Shown: positions 35,421 to 54,143, counted from the stretch's first letter. The stretch is DNA of 64,000 bases from the human T2T-CHM13v2.0 reference genome, Homo sapiens (GCF_009914755.1 NC_060941.1), one strand, 5' to 3'. Notes: generated by a model from the sequence alone, not told the origin. Made by a program: numbers and translations.

Positions 35421-35824
35421 TAGTGCTTAAAATTGATGAGTACACTGAAGTACAAAATTCAGATGTGACCAAATGTTTCTATTGGCAGACAAATATGGAG
35501 GAAACTAAAGATTTTTTTCCCTCATCTGTAAAATTTTATTTTAATTCCTTTGTAATCACTCACTTAACAGAAAAACGAATACCTAAGTGATGCAGAGCCA
35601 TCAAATTGTAGTGGGGTAAGATACTGTAATTTAAATAATTGGGAAGATTATTTAACATACTGACTATTTTTGGAATTGGGTCTTTAAACAAGAGTTTTTA
35701 GTTTAATGTAGCCTTAGTGATGGGGTATGTAGCTTATAATGGAAATCATCCATATTTGCCAGGGCCTACCACCTCGTAGGAACTTGTTGATTCCATATCA
35801 TTTCTAGATCACAGGTGTCTATTT

Positions 35825-38400
<2,576 letters not shown>

Positions 38401-38850
38401 CTAGGCCAGTGCCAGGTTTATTCTGTTTATTTAAGGGTTCTGAAAATACGAAATATGAGCATTCACTAAAATTAGTGAGGGTGATTTAATTGTAGACTAT
38501 CATTTTTCTACCTATGGGTAAAATGTTAAAGAGTCTTTAATCAATATATATATTTTTTAACCTCAAGTCTGGAATCTACAGATATTTTAAAGTTTGTAGA
38601 TATAAAACCTGGAATTCCAAGCCAGTTCTAGTTTTTAAATATATGTGTGTCACAGAAGAATAAGAATGCTACTAAAAATAGAATCCTGAGGACTTAGTTT
38701 TAAAACCTATAATTTTTAGGATCTGTTTTTCATTTTTAAGGGGCTGATGTCTTTTAATTATGGTTAGAAGGAAAGCACAAACTCTCTCATTAGAAGTGGG
38801 TTGGAAATAAATATTGTTTTATTTATAATGTTTTTTCTTTTTCTTTACAG

Positions 38851-38908
38851 GAGGAGAACTATTTATGCAGTTAGAAAGAGAGGGAATATTTATGGAAGAC
38901 ACTGCCTG
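38851..38908 (+). CDS. RPS6KB1: RPS6KB1 exon 6 (58 nt)
   Basis: GELFMQLEREGIFMEDTA(C); TTTACAG acceptor, GTAAGT donor. Confidence 0.98.
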
Positions 38909-39091
38909 GTAAGTGAACTTTTTGTGGTTGCATAGATTCAGGTAATTACAAGCAAAGCCCCATTCCCACTATGGGCAGCCACATGATTCAGTAAATTGAG
39001 CTGGAGCCAGTCACTCACTCAGGACCTCAAGGGGGAGAAGCAGTTTTGGGACTGGGCAGCTATGGAGGTCACATCATTCCTTTGCCCTTAG

Positions 39092-39166
39092 GCTTGAGTG
39101 GAACGCTCTTCACACCAGTTGTTCCTAACAGAACCATTCTCATTGCGGCTTTCTTTCCTTGAATTG
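39092..39166 (+). other. RPS6KB1: Alternative exon 6a-like (in-frame stop)
   Basis: TTCCTTTGCCCTTAG acceptor; TG|GTAAGC donor, with a second donor GTGAGT at 39191. Adds WLEWNALHTSCS* (TAA 39126-39128). Consistent with the known short S6K1 isoforms from intron 6. Confidence 0.65.
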
Positions 39167-39264
39167 GTAAGCTGCCTGCCTTGGCTGTGGGTGAGTGTGG
39201 TTTCCCAGTGAACCTTTATGTGTGGAACAATGGAAATTATCAGAAATCATCCCTTTTTTTTTAG

Positions 39265-39281
39265 GCTTTCTATTTCTCAAG
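39265..39281 (+). other. RPS6KB1: Alternative 17-nt micro-exon 6b-like
   Basis: CCCTTTTTTTTTAG|GCTTTCTATTTCTCAAG|GTACAG. Confidence 0.5.
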
Positions 39282-39533
39282 GTACAGTCTTAGGGAGGTG
39301 ATAAACCTGGGCATATCATCTGTAGATTGATTATGTAGTCAGGGTGGGATTTACCCTCCTATTTCTAAACATGTCATCTGCTTCAAATTAAAAATATGCA
39401 CATCCTTTTGTGAAGCAACAATATTGGGTCACAATAAATCAGTTTATCCTACACATTAATTTAATAGAAAACAACACTTAAATGTTTTTTTCTACCTTGA
39501 TTACCAAAACTGCATTCCATTGTTTAATTTCAG

Positions 39534-40160
39534 GCCTTTTCTAACAAAGAAGCTGCATTTAAGAGCCTTAGGGATGAAGTGCCCTTTTTTGGAGGAGGCT
39601 CACTGAGCCGTGTTGGAGGCTGTGTTTGTGGTCGTGCTGGCTGTGAAACTGCCTCAGTCCTCTAGGACACACCCTCTCCATCCTGGAGTAATCTGCAGGA
39701 TTGCAACATTGTTATGCAGCCAGTATTGCAGTGCCTTGTGCTTTTCGAATCCAGACAGGGTTGATTCAGCCCTTTATTCTTTTGAGGTAGATAAATTTGG
39801 GTGTCACACAGTTTATAGTTGTGGGCTGGCTGGCAGGTGGGAGGGCAGATACTGTGGGCCTCAGCTGTCTATAAATATGTAGCTGTATTAAGTAAGGGAT
39901 GAGTGGGCTTCTAAGGGTCAGGTTATAAGATACCTTTTGAAATCAAGATGTGATCTCTGAGAATAACAAAGTTCCTATTTCCTATGGGATTTTAAAGTTG
40001 GGTGTGGATGGGAGAAATTTGCTTGAAATGAATGGCTATTAGCTTAATTCCTACACAGACAGAACAAAACATGACCAATGGCAGTTTAGCATATTCTGGA
40101 CATCTTTGCAATTTTAGCAATATATTCTAATGGCAAAATAAAGCACTTTATAGTTTCACT
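39534..40160 (+). other. RPS6KB1: Alternative terminal exon 6c-like (3' end approximate)
   Basis: TTTAATTTCAG acceptor. Spliced to exon 6 it gives WPFLTKKLHLRALGMKCPFLEEAH* (TGA 39604-39606). AATAAA at 40137-40142. Confidence 0.6.
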
Positions 40161-40338
40161 AAAATGAGTGAAACATAAATGTCCCCATGCCTTTTGGCAG
40201 CATCCTATGCCATCTCTTTTTCCAATACATCCCCCTACCCCACTAATTTGGTCTTTGGTGCATGTCTGTTTCTTTCAAGGAATTTTGCTCCATACGTAAA
40301 CTGCTTTGGATAGATTACACTCTTTTTAATTTTATTAA

Positions 40339-40470
<132 letters not shown>

Positions 40471-42891
40471 TAAACAATTCTATAGTAAATAATCATCTTA
40501 AAATCCTCCCACATAGGTCGTGGCCATTTTCAAAGCCCCAAATTCATCTCTCTATTTTGTATATTTCCTCCCTCAGAATTCATGGCATCATAGTACTTGC
40601 TGATATTTTAAGTCTTTAGGTAATTACGCTTGGTGAGAGTAAAAGAAGTTGAGGATAATAGTCGCTCAACTGCCTTTTTTAGTTTAATCCTTACTCTTTA
40701 TAGTTTTTCATGTTTTTGGAATCTTTACATCAAATGTTGTATAATGTTTTAGACTGTAAAAGCCAGTCTAAACATTAATTTTGGCTTGTTACTTAAATTG
40801 AAAAGTGAATCTCAATTATATAAGTTGAGTTTTAATAATGAAAATATGTAAATATTGGCTGGGCACAGTGGCTGACACCTGTAATCCCAGCACTTTGGGA
40901 GGCTAAGGTGGGTGGATCACCTGAGGTCAGGAGTTCAAGACGCCTGGCCAACATGGTGAAACCCCATCTCTACAAAAATACAAAAAAAAAAAAAAATTAG
41001 CTGGGCATGATGGTGGGTGCCTGTAATCCCAGCTACTCAGGAGGCTGAGGTGGGAGAATCGCCTGAACCCAGGAGGCGAAAGTTGCAGTGAGCCAAGATC
41101 GCGACATTATACTCCAGCCTGAGTGAAAAGAGCGAGACTCCGTCTCAAAAAAAAAGAAAATATGTGAATATTAGAAGCTATGCTTCTTACAGTAGGTTTT
41201 ATTAATGCTGGGAAAAGGATTGAAATTGAACCAAAGTATTTGATAAAACTTTGGAAATATGATGTTTAGTAGGCATCAGGTTACTTTTTTTTTTTTTTTT
41301 TTTGAGATGGGGGTCTCACTCTGTCATCCAGGCTAGAGTATGGTGGCATGATTACAGCTCACTGCAACCTCCGCCTCCCAGGCTCAAGTGATCCTTCCAC
41401 CCCGGCCCCTCAAGTAGCTGGGGCCACTGTGGCACACCACCACGCCTGACTAATTTTTGGTATTTTTTGTAGAAATGGGGTTTCATCATGTTGCCCAGGG
41501 TGGTCTCAAACTCCTGAGCTCAATTGATCTGCCTGCCTTGGCCTCCCAAATTGCTGGGATTACAGGCATAACCCACCTTCCCCCCAGCCAGAATCAGTTT
41601 ATTCTTGCTGTTTGTTTGTAACAACAAACATAAACATCAGAGAGACTGATAATCTATACAACTATAGATATAGCACAGTGAGCCTTGACTACAACTGCAT
41701 GCTGCTAAAGACAGCTCAATTTATGCTAATCTGGGCTGTAGGTAGACTTGGCAATTCACTCGTACCCCAAAGGAGCAACCAGCTGACCCAGGGTATCTAG
41801 AAGGTGGTAGCAGCTGCTAATCCTTAGATGTCTACAGAATAATCCATGAGGTAGTTAATTGTTTCAAACTCTTAGAAAATGATGTATGAACAACTGAGGC
41901 TCATATAAACATTCCAGATTATACTCCTCCACCCACCTTTTTTTTTTTTTTAAGGAGAAATGATATACTTAACTGAATATATCATGGGAATCAGTGTCTC
42001 TTCCTTCCTCTCATCAACACCTCCTCACTCCCCAAAACGTGGATTCTGATCTGAATTATAAGTCACAGGATAGAATAGGGGAGCGATAGAATAGTTAACT
42101 TCTTTGATTTATAAGGTTGAGTGTATCAGATGGTTCTGTGAAAATAAAGGCCATACTTCTTCTGTATCAGAGTGTAGTATATATTTACATTTGAATCAAT
42201 AGGTCATTGTGCCTTTTCTGTGAAATGAACCTCAAATACTAGAGTCCCTGAGATTGTTGAACCACTTGTTATGACAGTCCAGTAAAGAAAGCTAAACTTG
42301 AACTGAAATGATCTTTGTGTAAGGTGGTAAGTTTTTTACTTTCTGGATCAGTGATGATTGATTCATACTATCTAGCAATTTTCTTTCTTTCCCCTAATTG
42401 GTAGCATTGGGCAGAATGAGCTACCTTGTTATAATGAGTTTCTGAGACCATTTTAAGGACTCTTCACAGTTCACTGTGATAAAAGCTATATATTTGAAGT
42501 ACTGTCTCACACCTTTGTTCAAAAGGTACAGAGTATGTTTATTGGGGTCTGTGTACGTAAACTAGACTTCATAAAACAGTTTTCCCAGGATTTTTCTTTT
42601 TCAGGATGGTAGAGAATTTTGTATATACTTAAAGCTAGAGCCTTAAACAGGTTATTTCACTTTTTTCTCTATCTTTATTTTCTCTTTACTAGATAGATTG
42701 TATCATTGGCAAAAGGTGACTTTGCCCTAGCCTTAAACAGTTAGCATCCCATTTTATGGATGGTACCTTGTTCTTGACATCTGCAAGAAAATTTGAGGCA
42801 AGAAAAGTTAAATGGAAGGATAGATTAAAGTATTATGTGACATGTTCAAACACTGCACATACTTATAATTCTGAGAATAATCATGCTGTAA

Positions 42892-42996
<105 letters not shown>

Positions 42997-43145
42997 TGAG
43001 CTACATGTTAAACATAATTGGTTTGGGGGTAATAGCTAATTTTACCTGTTTTAAGGAATAGTATCTGTTTTCTGTACCCTCATTGACTCTGTATATTGTT
43101 TTTAAAATTCTAATTCAGATGATATGCAAATGGGTGAATTTTTAA

Positions 43146-43301
<156 letters not shown>

Positions 43302-43927
43302 TGAGTCACTATAGCAAGAGACCTGTCCTGTGCTTTCTGAACATGTTACCAGTGGAGTTTTCAAAGCCCAAAGATTTGTTATTAGCAGTTTAACACTAAT
43401 AATGCTGTATGATTATATGGGATCCCATACTTTCCGAAACATTTTCTTTTAAATGATCTATGTCATGGCAGGCCTGTGAAATAGATGTTGAATAGATAAT
43501 GCCCTTATTTTATAAATGGAGAAATTGAAGCATAAAATCACATAGCTCACTTATCACACAGAAAGTTAATGGTGGAAACACAGGCTTCCTTCCAGGACAC
43601 TGCTACTTCCTCTGTCCTGTTGCTTAAAAACTGCACGTCTGCCGGCCACAGTGGTGCATGCCTGTAGCCTAAGCTACTCAGGAGGCTGAGGTGGGAGGAT
43701 CATTTGAGCTAAGGATTATTAATACAATCTAGCCTTGACAACATAGTTGAGACCCTGTCTGTAAAACAAAATAAAGGTCTTTAGCAGTTAGCCCATTTCA
43801 CAGCATACATTTCTGATCTCCATGTATAACTAATTTAGGAAATGGATAATATTATTCAAAATTTGTTTCTTATATGCTAATATTTTTCTCTCCCTGCTAA
43901 TATTTTTCACTTGTCTTCTACTCTTAG

Positions 43928-44056
<129 letters not shown>

Positions 44057-44096
44057 TGACACTACAAGATTCAATGACTAGGATTTAACTAGATAG

Positions 44097-44514
<418 letters not shown>

Positions 44515-44527
44515 TAGTAATTAGTAA

Positions 44528-44779
<252 letters not shown>

Positions 44780-44887
44780 TGATCCACCTGCCTCAGCCTC
44801 CCAAAGTGCTGGGATTACAGGCATGAGCCACTGTGCCTGGCCAATAAACTATATTTTCTCAAGCCAAAGTAGACAAGCACAGTCTAA

Positions 44888-45049
<162 letters not shown>

Positions 45050-45199
45050 TAATGCTAGTTTTATGTATTTCTGAGGGTTATATGTAGTTGCTTATAAGTT
45101 TAGCTTATTTTGTGACTTGTAACTTCAAAAAGGTGATTAATTTATCAATCCAGCAAAGTCTAGTCCCCTCAACTTTTCTTCCTGCTTTTTTTTTCCTAG

Positions 45200-45298
<99 letters not shown>

Positions 45299-45700
45299 TA
45301 ATTGGGTGCAGTGGCTCACGCCTGTAATCCCCAAACTTTAAAGGGCCAAGGTGGGAGGATTGTTTGAGGCCAGGAGTTCAAGACCAGCATGGGCAACATA
45401 ACAAGACTCCATATCTACAAAACATTTAAAAGTTAGCTGGGTGTGGCGGCTTGTGCCTGTAAGTCCCAGCTACTTGCAAGGCTGAGGCAGGAGGATCGCT
45501 TGATATTTTTTTAGAATAAGAAAAATCTCAGAGCAGACAGAAACATTATTTTTATTAGCAGTTCAAAGATCTCTGGTCTATCCTCTCCAGCATCTTTATT
45601 TTATTTTATTTTGAGATGGGGTCTCACTCTGTCACCCAGGATGGAGTGCAGTAGCACGATCACAGTTCAATGCAGCCTTGACCTCCCCAGGCTCAGGTGA

Positions 45701-45925
<225 letters not shown>

Positions 45926-46098
45926 TAAAGAACTAAACCCAGTGGCAATTGACTGTATTAGCTATTTTTAAGTCAGTTACCTAAGACAAATATTTCAGGT
46001 AGTTGGGACTTTCCTTTTTTTGGTTTGTTTTATTTTGCTTAATTTAACCATTTTAAATATGATTCTCTGGGAATTTTTTCTTCAAAATATAGAATATG

Positions 46099-46573
46099 TG
46101 TGCATTCGTTTGCTAGGCTTGCTGCAACAAAGTACCACAAACCGGGTGGCTTAGACAACAGAAATTTATTATCTCATAGATCTGGAGACTAGAAGTTCTA
46201 GATCACATTGTTAGAGTTGGTTTCTTTGACTACTGTGAGAAACTGTATGTTCCATGCCTCTCCCCTGGCTTCTGGTGGTTTGCTGGTAATCTTTGTCATT
46301 CTTTGGCTTGTAGGTGCATCACCCGGATCTCTGCCTTCATGTTCACATGGTGTTCTACCTGTGTGCATATCTGTGGCCAAATTTCCCCTTTTTATAAGGA
46401 TACCAGGCATATTGGATTAGGGTTCCTCTCTACTCCAGTAGGACCTCATCTTCACTAATTACATCTGCAATAACCCTTTCCAAATAAGGTCACATTCTGA
46501 GGAACTAGAGGTTAGAATTTCAACGTACGAAATTTTTTGGGGGTGGGTAAGGCACACGATTCAACCCATAACA
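46099..46573 (-). mobile_element. ERVL-MaLR (MLT1-type) solo LTR
   Basis: TG...CA termini; MLT1 hallmarks (CAAAGTACCACAAACCGGGTGGCTTA, CCAAATAAGGTCACATTCTGAGG, TTCAACCCATAACA); 5-bp TSD ATATG at 46094-46098 and 46574-46578. Confidence 0.88.
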
Positions 46574-47428
46574 ATATGTTTGTGAGTAAATCAGTTAGTG
46601 TGTTAGTTATTGTCCTTCTCCCACCTCAGAATCTGAGAAAATACAGTTTCTTTTTCCATTCCTTAGGATGTAGTTGGAGAAGGAGGAGGATGATGATGGT
46701 GATTATTTTTTGGTCATGGAGCATAATGTCCCCACTTTAAAAAACAACAAACAATTGTAAGGAAGTTAACTGTCATATACCTACTGCCCAGCTTAAAAAA
46801 TGATTAGGTCATCTTGTTTAAACATAACTGCCATCCCATCATCACACCTCAGAAGTTGACAGTTTCCTTAGTTGTTTTTTTTTTTTTTTCCTTTTTCTTT
46901 TCTTTCTTTTTTTTTTTTGGGGGGGGGGATAGGGTCTTTCTCTGTTGCCCAGGCTGGAGTGCAGTGGCATGATAGTGGCTCATGGCAGCCTCAACCTCCC
47001 AGGCTCAAGGGCTCCTCCCGTATAGCTGGGGCCACAGGGATGCATCACCACATCCAGCTAATTTTTAAATTTTTTCTAGAGATGAGGTCTCCCTGTGTTG
47101 CCCCACCTAATTTTTTTTGTTGTTGTTGTTTTTCCATTTTTTTTTTCTCCTGTTTGTAAGGATTTAATCAAGGTCTGTATATAGTTTGGTTACTATGTCT
47201 CTTAGGTCTCTTTTCATTTATAGATTCCCCTTGTGATTTATTGAAGAAACTGGGTCATTTGTCCTGTAGAATTCTCAAATTTTGATTTTGCTGATGTTAT
47301 CCCCATAGTTTCATTGACCATGTTCATCTGTTCTCTGAATTTCCAAAAACTGGTAGTTAAATTTAGGTGGTTGATCTAATTCAGATTAAACTCTCAGTAT
47401 TGCATGCTTTGATCAGGAGGCATAATGT

Positions 47429-47434
<6 letters not shown>

Positions 47435-47482
<48 letters not shown>
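47435..47482. repeat. (TG)24 microsatellite
   Basis: Uninterrupted TG repeat. Confidence 0.97.
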
Positions 47483-47485
<3 letters not shown>

Positions 47486-47534
47486 AAGTGATGTTAGTGG
47501 TCACTGATCATTGCCTATGTCAGCATTTCACTAC

Positions 47535-47694
47535 CAGGGTAATTTGGCAATGTCTGGAGATACACTGATTGTCACAGGTTGGGGGAGGGAATGCTATAGG
47601 TACCTTCAGGAGTAAGAGTCAGCACAGCACAGCCCCCTACAGCTAAGCATTAATAGGCCTAAAATGTCAGTAGCACTGAGGTTGAGAAACTCTG
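47535..47694. mobile_element. MER20 (hAT-Charlie) fragment
   Basis: TTTGGCAATGTCTGGAGA...TTGTCACA...AAAATGTCAGTAGCACTGAGGTTGAGAAACTCTG. Confidence 0.75.
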
Positions 47695-49488
47695 GCCTAC
47701 TTTTATAATTTCATCAGGTGTTTGTGAAATGGTCTTATTCTAACTGTTATTTCTTCTTTCTTTGTTAGCTGGAATTCTTTCATAAAGAGAAACTCTTTGA
47801 TCAGTTAGTTACCCAAGGTATAGTTCATACAGTAAAGGCAGGATGTATGTTTGATTCTTTCCTAGTTTTCAAAATAATGAATTAGTTCCCTAGCATCTTC
47901 CAGAATTGACCAATGAACTTTGTGTGTGTGTGTTTTTTTCTTTTTTAGTATATTATGAACTTATATGTTTTAACACATTTGTGTTTCATTTCATCGCAGT
48001 TATTTTTATTTTATTTTTATTTATTCATTTATTGTTTTGAGGCAGGGTCTTACTCTGTCACCCAAGCTGTAGTGCAGTGGTATAATCTCTGTCTACTGCA
48101 GCCTTGACTTCCCGGCCTCCAGCAATCCTCCCACCTCACCCTCTTGAGTAGCTGGGACCACAGGTACACCACCATGCCCAGCTAATTTTTGTGTTTCTGG
48201 TAGAGACGGGGTTTTGCCGTGTTCACCAGGCTGGTCTTCAACTCCTGAGCTCAAAAGCAATCCACCTGCCTCTGCCTCCCAAAGTGTTGGGATGATAGGC
48301 ATGAGCCACTGCACCTAGCAGTTATTTTTATTGATGCTCAATTTTTCCCTTCGTTGAATGCTGGTGCAGTGAATGCTGGGTGCATCTTCATGTTGGTTTC
48401 TGAGTCCTTTTGACATGACCACATGGTCTGGTGTTGTACGAGAGAGCAAAATAAGGAAACTGGTGTTCTATGCTTATCTTGTACATTTTCCCCACACTTG
48501 GAATCAGCCATTCCTCCAGGGAGTGCAGGTTCACAGTCTGGGCTCTAAGAGAATTATAAGGTCAATGTGGTCATCTTTTAGTATTAAGTCAGATATTCTA
48601 AATTATTATTTACTTCCTACATTTGGCCCAAGAGTCTAACCAGATATTTTGGGAAAGAGAGAAGGAATTAAATAAATAAATCTCATGGTTAGAACTGAAG
48701 TGATAACTATACTTTCACAAGGAAATATAACTTATAAACCATGCAGAATAGAAAATTATTTTTGTTCCTTTAGATTTCTAAAGGAATGAAATAAGCTGTG
48801 GGAAGAAACTTTAACTGGAGCATCTTACCAGTGTTATTCATGTTTTAACTCTGCTTCAGTAGTTTTTCAGGTTTATTACAAACCTGCAGTAGCCAACTGA
48901 ACTAATTATCTCTAAACAGGGATTTAGCCAGTGGACTAGGCACACTGAAGCTTTGTGAGAGGGGAAATTGATATTAACATTTTTTCCAGCTTGTTTTGAG
49001 CTCGATATATTCACTTTTTTTTTTTTTTTTTTTTTTTTATTGAGACAGACTCTCGCACTGTCATCTGGGCTGGTGTGCAGTGGCACGATCTCTGCTTGCT
49101 GCAACCTGTGCCTCCCGGGTTCAAGCAATTCTCCTGCCTCATCCTCCTGAGTAGCTAGGATTACAGGCACACGCCACCATGCCTGGCTAATTTTTTGTAT
49201 TTTTAGTAGAGATGGGGTTTCACTATTTTGGCCAGGCTGGTCTCAAACTCCTGACCTCATGATCCGCCTGCCTCAGCCTCCCAAGGTGCTGGGATTACAG
49301 ACGTGAGCCACCATGCCCAGTCGATATATTCACATTTTTAATAGGAATAACTGTATACTAAAATCTATTTTAGTGCATGTTTAAGATTTGAAGATGTAAT
49401 TTGACTCAGTACTTTCCACCTACATTTTTTTCTTCATTCTGTGCCTGCTAAGACTATTCTAATACTTTATTATAGTTAACCCCCGTGA

Positions 49489-49701
<213 letters not shown>

Positions 49702-50324
49702 TAGTCATGGGAAATTTTAGTGTGAGGATGGGCTCTTCAAAGAAAATTCAGTTTGCTTGCTTTGCAGTTCATGTAGGTAACCTGGCCCACTTTTTTTTTT
49801 TTTTTTAAATAAGCCATGCCTTTATAACTTATTGATGCCTACAAAATTTATTTTCATAATCCAACATTTTATTTTAGCAATTAGAGTGGGAATGTACAAA
49901 TCTTTGGAAAGTATGATTCCCTTTTTTTTTTAGGCCACAGACTTAGAATGATGTTTGGCTTAGCATCTCAACCAAAAATTAGTCATAGCAGTCGGGGAGA
50001 AAAACCTCACTGACTACATGTATTTTATTCCTGAAACAGCTATAGATTTTTGGTACTTTTTTTTTTTTTTTTTTTGAGACAGGGTCTCACCTTGTAGCCT
50101 AGGCTGGGTGTAGTGTAGTGGTGTGATCACAGTTCACTGCAGCCTTGACCTCCCAGGCTCAAGTGATCCACCCATTTCAGCCTTGTGAGTACCTGTACCA
50201 CAGGTGTGTGCCACATGCAGCTAATTTTTTATTTTTTTGTAGAGACAGAGTCTCACTATTTTACTCCTGGACTCAAGCTATCTTCCTGCCTTGGCTTCCC
50301 AAAGTGCCAAAATTATAGGCATGA

Positions 50325-50719
<395 letters not shown>

Positions 50720-52628
50720 TGAGTAGCTGGGACTACAGGTGCCCGCCACCACGCCAGGCTAATTTTTTGTATTTGTAGTAGAGACGGGGTTTCATCGTGT
50801 TAGCCAGGATAGTTTTGATCTCCTGACCTCATGATCCGCCCGCCTTGGCCTCCCAAAGTGCTGGGATTACAGGCGTAAGCCACCACGCCCAGTCGATGGT
50901 CTCGATTTCTTGACCTCGTGATCCACCCGCCTTGGCCTCCCAAAGTGTTGGGAATACAGGCATGAGCCACCGTGCCAGGCCAAGTAGGGGATTTTTTTAA
51001 CATTAATTGTGAATATTTGACATCAAAACATATTGGTTCATATGTAATAGTGAATTCTCATTGTAGAAATGTCTGTATAGATTTATAGCTTGTCTCCTCA
51101 GAAAAGTAAAGGTTTTTGATGTTGGCCAACAGAAATGATGGATTTATATCAGAAGACCATGAATGCATACTATTTTGCTCAAATAGCACATATGCTTGTT
51201 GATTTTATTACTGTACTTAATATGTCACATGAACATCTATCTCATTTTGTATCCTTTTTTTTTCTTTTGTCATTTGTTTTTGGACTACTCTAGGGAGAAT
51301 AGAATATGGGGAAAATAATTGTTTGGGAGTGTTTTTTCCCTGTTTTTGAGTTCACTGGATTTGTCACTAACTTAATTCTTAAGCTTTTCTTCCCCACATT
51401 GCTCACTATGTAATACAAGTAGTGTTGTATCTTATGGGATGGGAAATAAGCTCTAAAGTTAGCATGGAGTTGGGGCATGGTGGCTTATGGCTATAACCTT
51501 GAGGTCAGGAGTTCAAGACCAGCCTGGCTAACATGGTGAAACCCCATCTCTACTAAAAGTACAAAAATTAGCCAGGTGTGGTGGCATGCACCTGTGGTAC
51601 CAACTACTTGGGAGGCTGAGGCAGGAGAATCACTTGAACCCGGGAGGCAGAGGTTGCAGGAGCCAAGATTGTGCCACTGCACTCCAGCCTGAGCGATAGA
51701 GTGAGTGAGACTCCGTATCAAAAAAAAAAAAATTAATTAAAAAAATTAAGTTAGTATGGGATGCAAAAGTTGTGTATAGTACAGTATGGTTTTGAGTAAA
51801 CAACACTGAATAGTAATAATCCTATAAATTAATATAGAGCACATAGGCAAAATATAGTCTTACAGTATTACATAAGAGATAAAAGATGAGTGAGTGCATG
51901 CATGTTTTTAAATTCAAGTTTGATGTGTGCATGATCAAAGTTACGGCATCTCTGTTAGTAAAATCTTAGGTTCAGTTAGGGAAGTGGGCATGAATCACTT
52001 TAATTTTGGCATTTTTTTTCTCTCATGTACTACAGATGTGGAATTTATACCTTTGATTTAACATAGAGACCTTTTCCTCAATTGGACATTGCAGAATTTC
52101 AACTTATGTGACAGTTTTCCCCCCACAAAATAGAAGCATTTTATTTAGCTGCCAAGAAATCCAAAGTTGTGGTGGTAAAAGTGAGATATTGAAGCTTTCG
52201 TTGCCAGTTAAAGTATTGTTGAGCTTTTCACAATTACTTAAATTGGCTAATGAATAGAGCAACTCATTTGTTAGGTTGTAGCCAGAATTCTCTACATAAA
52301 GTGGATCTCTTTAAACATTAATAAAAAAAAATAGGTCAGGTGCAGTGGCTCACGCCTGTAATCCCAGCACTTTGGGAGTCTGAGGTGGGCGGATCACAAG
52401 GTCAGGAGTTCCAGACCAGCCTGGCTAATATGGTGAAAACCCATCTCTACTAAAAATACAAAAATTAGCCAGGCATGATGGCTGTAGTCCCAGCTACTCG
52501 GGAGGCTGAGGCAGGAGAATCGCTTGAACCCGGGAGGAGGAGGTTGTAATGAGCTGAGATCACGCCCCTCACTGCACTCCAGCCTGGGCGACAGAGCTAG
52601 AATCCATCTCAAAAAAAAAAAAAAAATT

Positions 52629-52629
52629 A

Positions 52630-52661
<32 letters not shown>

Positions 52662-52683
52662 CACACATACATACACACATATA
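52629..52683. repeat. Compound (TA)n/(CA)n repeat at an Alu tail
   Basis: TATATATA...CATATATATATACACACATACATACACACATATA. Confidence 0.9.
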
Positions 52684-53549
52684 GTGACATCCCACTTATC
52701 TGGATAATGTGGTTCTAGCAACCTCATTTCAACAAATATTTTAATTCCTGTTGTAAGACCCCATCACAGAATTAGAGGAAATTCAAAGATGATTAAGGCA
52801 CAGCCTGTACCTCTTGGTAGTTACAGCTTTAGTCCACCAGAACGTTTGTAAAATTATTCTCTGAAGTTCACATATAACTGTCACAAATCATATGCACTTC
52901 AGAATTGCACCTCACTCTTTGGGACTTCACTCAGAGCTTTGCTGAGTCTTATTTATTGTAACACATAATGCTTACTCATAGATTTTGATAAATAGAAGAT
53001 AGGTGAAGATGGTTAAAAGAATGAACATTGACAGCTAGAGAAATGACAGCTGGTAGCCTAATAGTAAGATCCAAGAGAGAACTAAAATGAACAAAACTGC
53101 ATTTTTGCCTATTACAACTGAAGGTTTTTGAAATGTTGATACTTATTCATCAAGAAAACACCAAATTCTAGCTGGGCAGAGATCACACGTGCCTATATAG
53201 TCACAGCTACTTGAGGGGCTGAGGTGGGAGAATAGCTTGGGTCCAGGAGTTTGAGGCTGCAGTGAGCTATGTTATCACCACTGCACTCCAGCCTGGGCAA
53301 TATAGGGATACCCCATCTCTTAAAACAAAACAAAAAACGAATTCTGTCCAATCATTGGCGTAAAACCAGAAAGATCACAAGATCTGACTTTGATGCCAAG
53401 TCAGAAAATTGTTTTTACTTTGGTCTGATTATAAGAAACTGTTTTAGGGTGATAAACTTAATTGCTTATATGCCTGTGGCTAGAAACACTAGAAGTTTCT
53501 TTACATTTCTCCTAGTATTTAACATCTTTTTTTTTTTTTTTTTTTTTAA

Positions 53550-53759
<210 letters not shown>

Positions 53760-54143
53760 TAACTCCTGACCTCAGGTGGTCTGCCCGCCTTGGCCTCCCA
53801 AAGTGCTGGGATGACAGGCGTGAGCCCCCGTGCCTGGGCGTATTTAACATCTTCATATGGAGCCTGAATTTTCCTGTTTTTTTTTCTATTCCTGTCAGTA
53901 GGGTAGAATTTTGTTTGCTAGCATATCAGGCTCAATGGAATTCTGCTTTCTTGAAGTGTGTGCCTCACGAAATGGCTGGAAAGAAGTTAACGGGTCTAAA
54001 AATGAGGTTGAGGACGTGGGAGAGTGTACACATTGGTGGTTTTAGGTGTGCATCATTGTGTAGGTATGTCAGACTGAACAACCCCATTCTCTTGAGATAC
54101 ATGACAAAATGCCATTCTGTAGTCCACTGTTACTGTCTTTCAG

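Noticed and set aside
46198-46420. Overlapping 70-aa ORFs on both strands
   Set aside because: They lie entirely within the MLT1 LTR.
52690-53520. Unique-looking intron 13 sequence that might be a pseudogene fragment; 8-bp hairpin TCTGACTT/AAGTCAGA
   Set aside because: No recognisable protein or RNA family in the frames I translated, and a hairpin this short is expected by chance.
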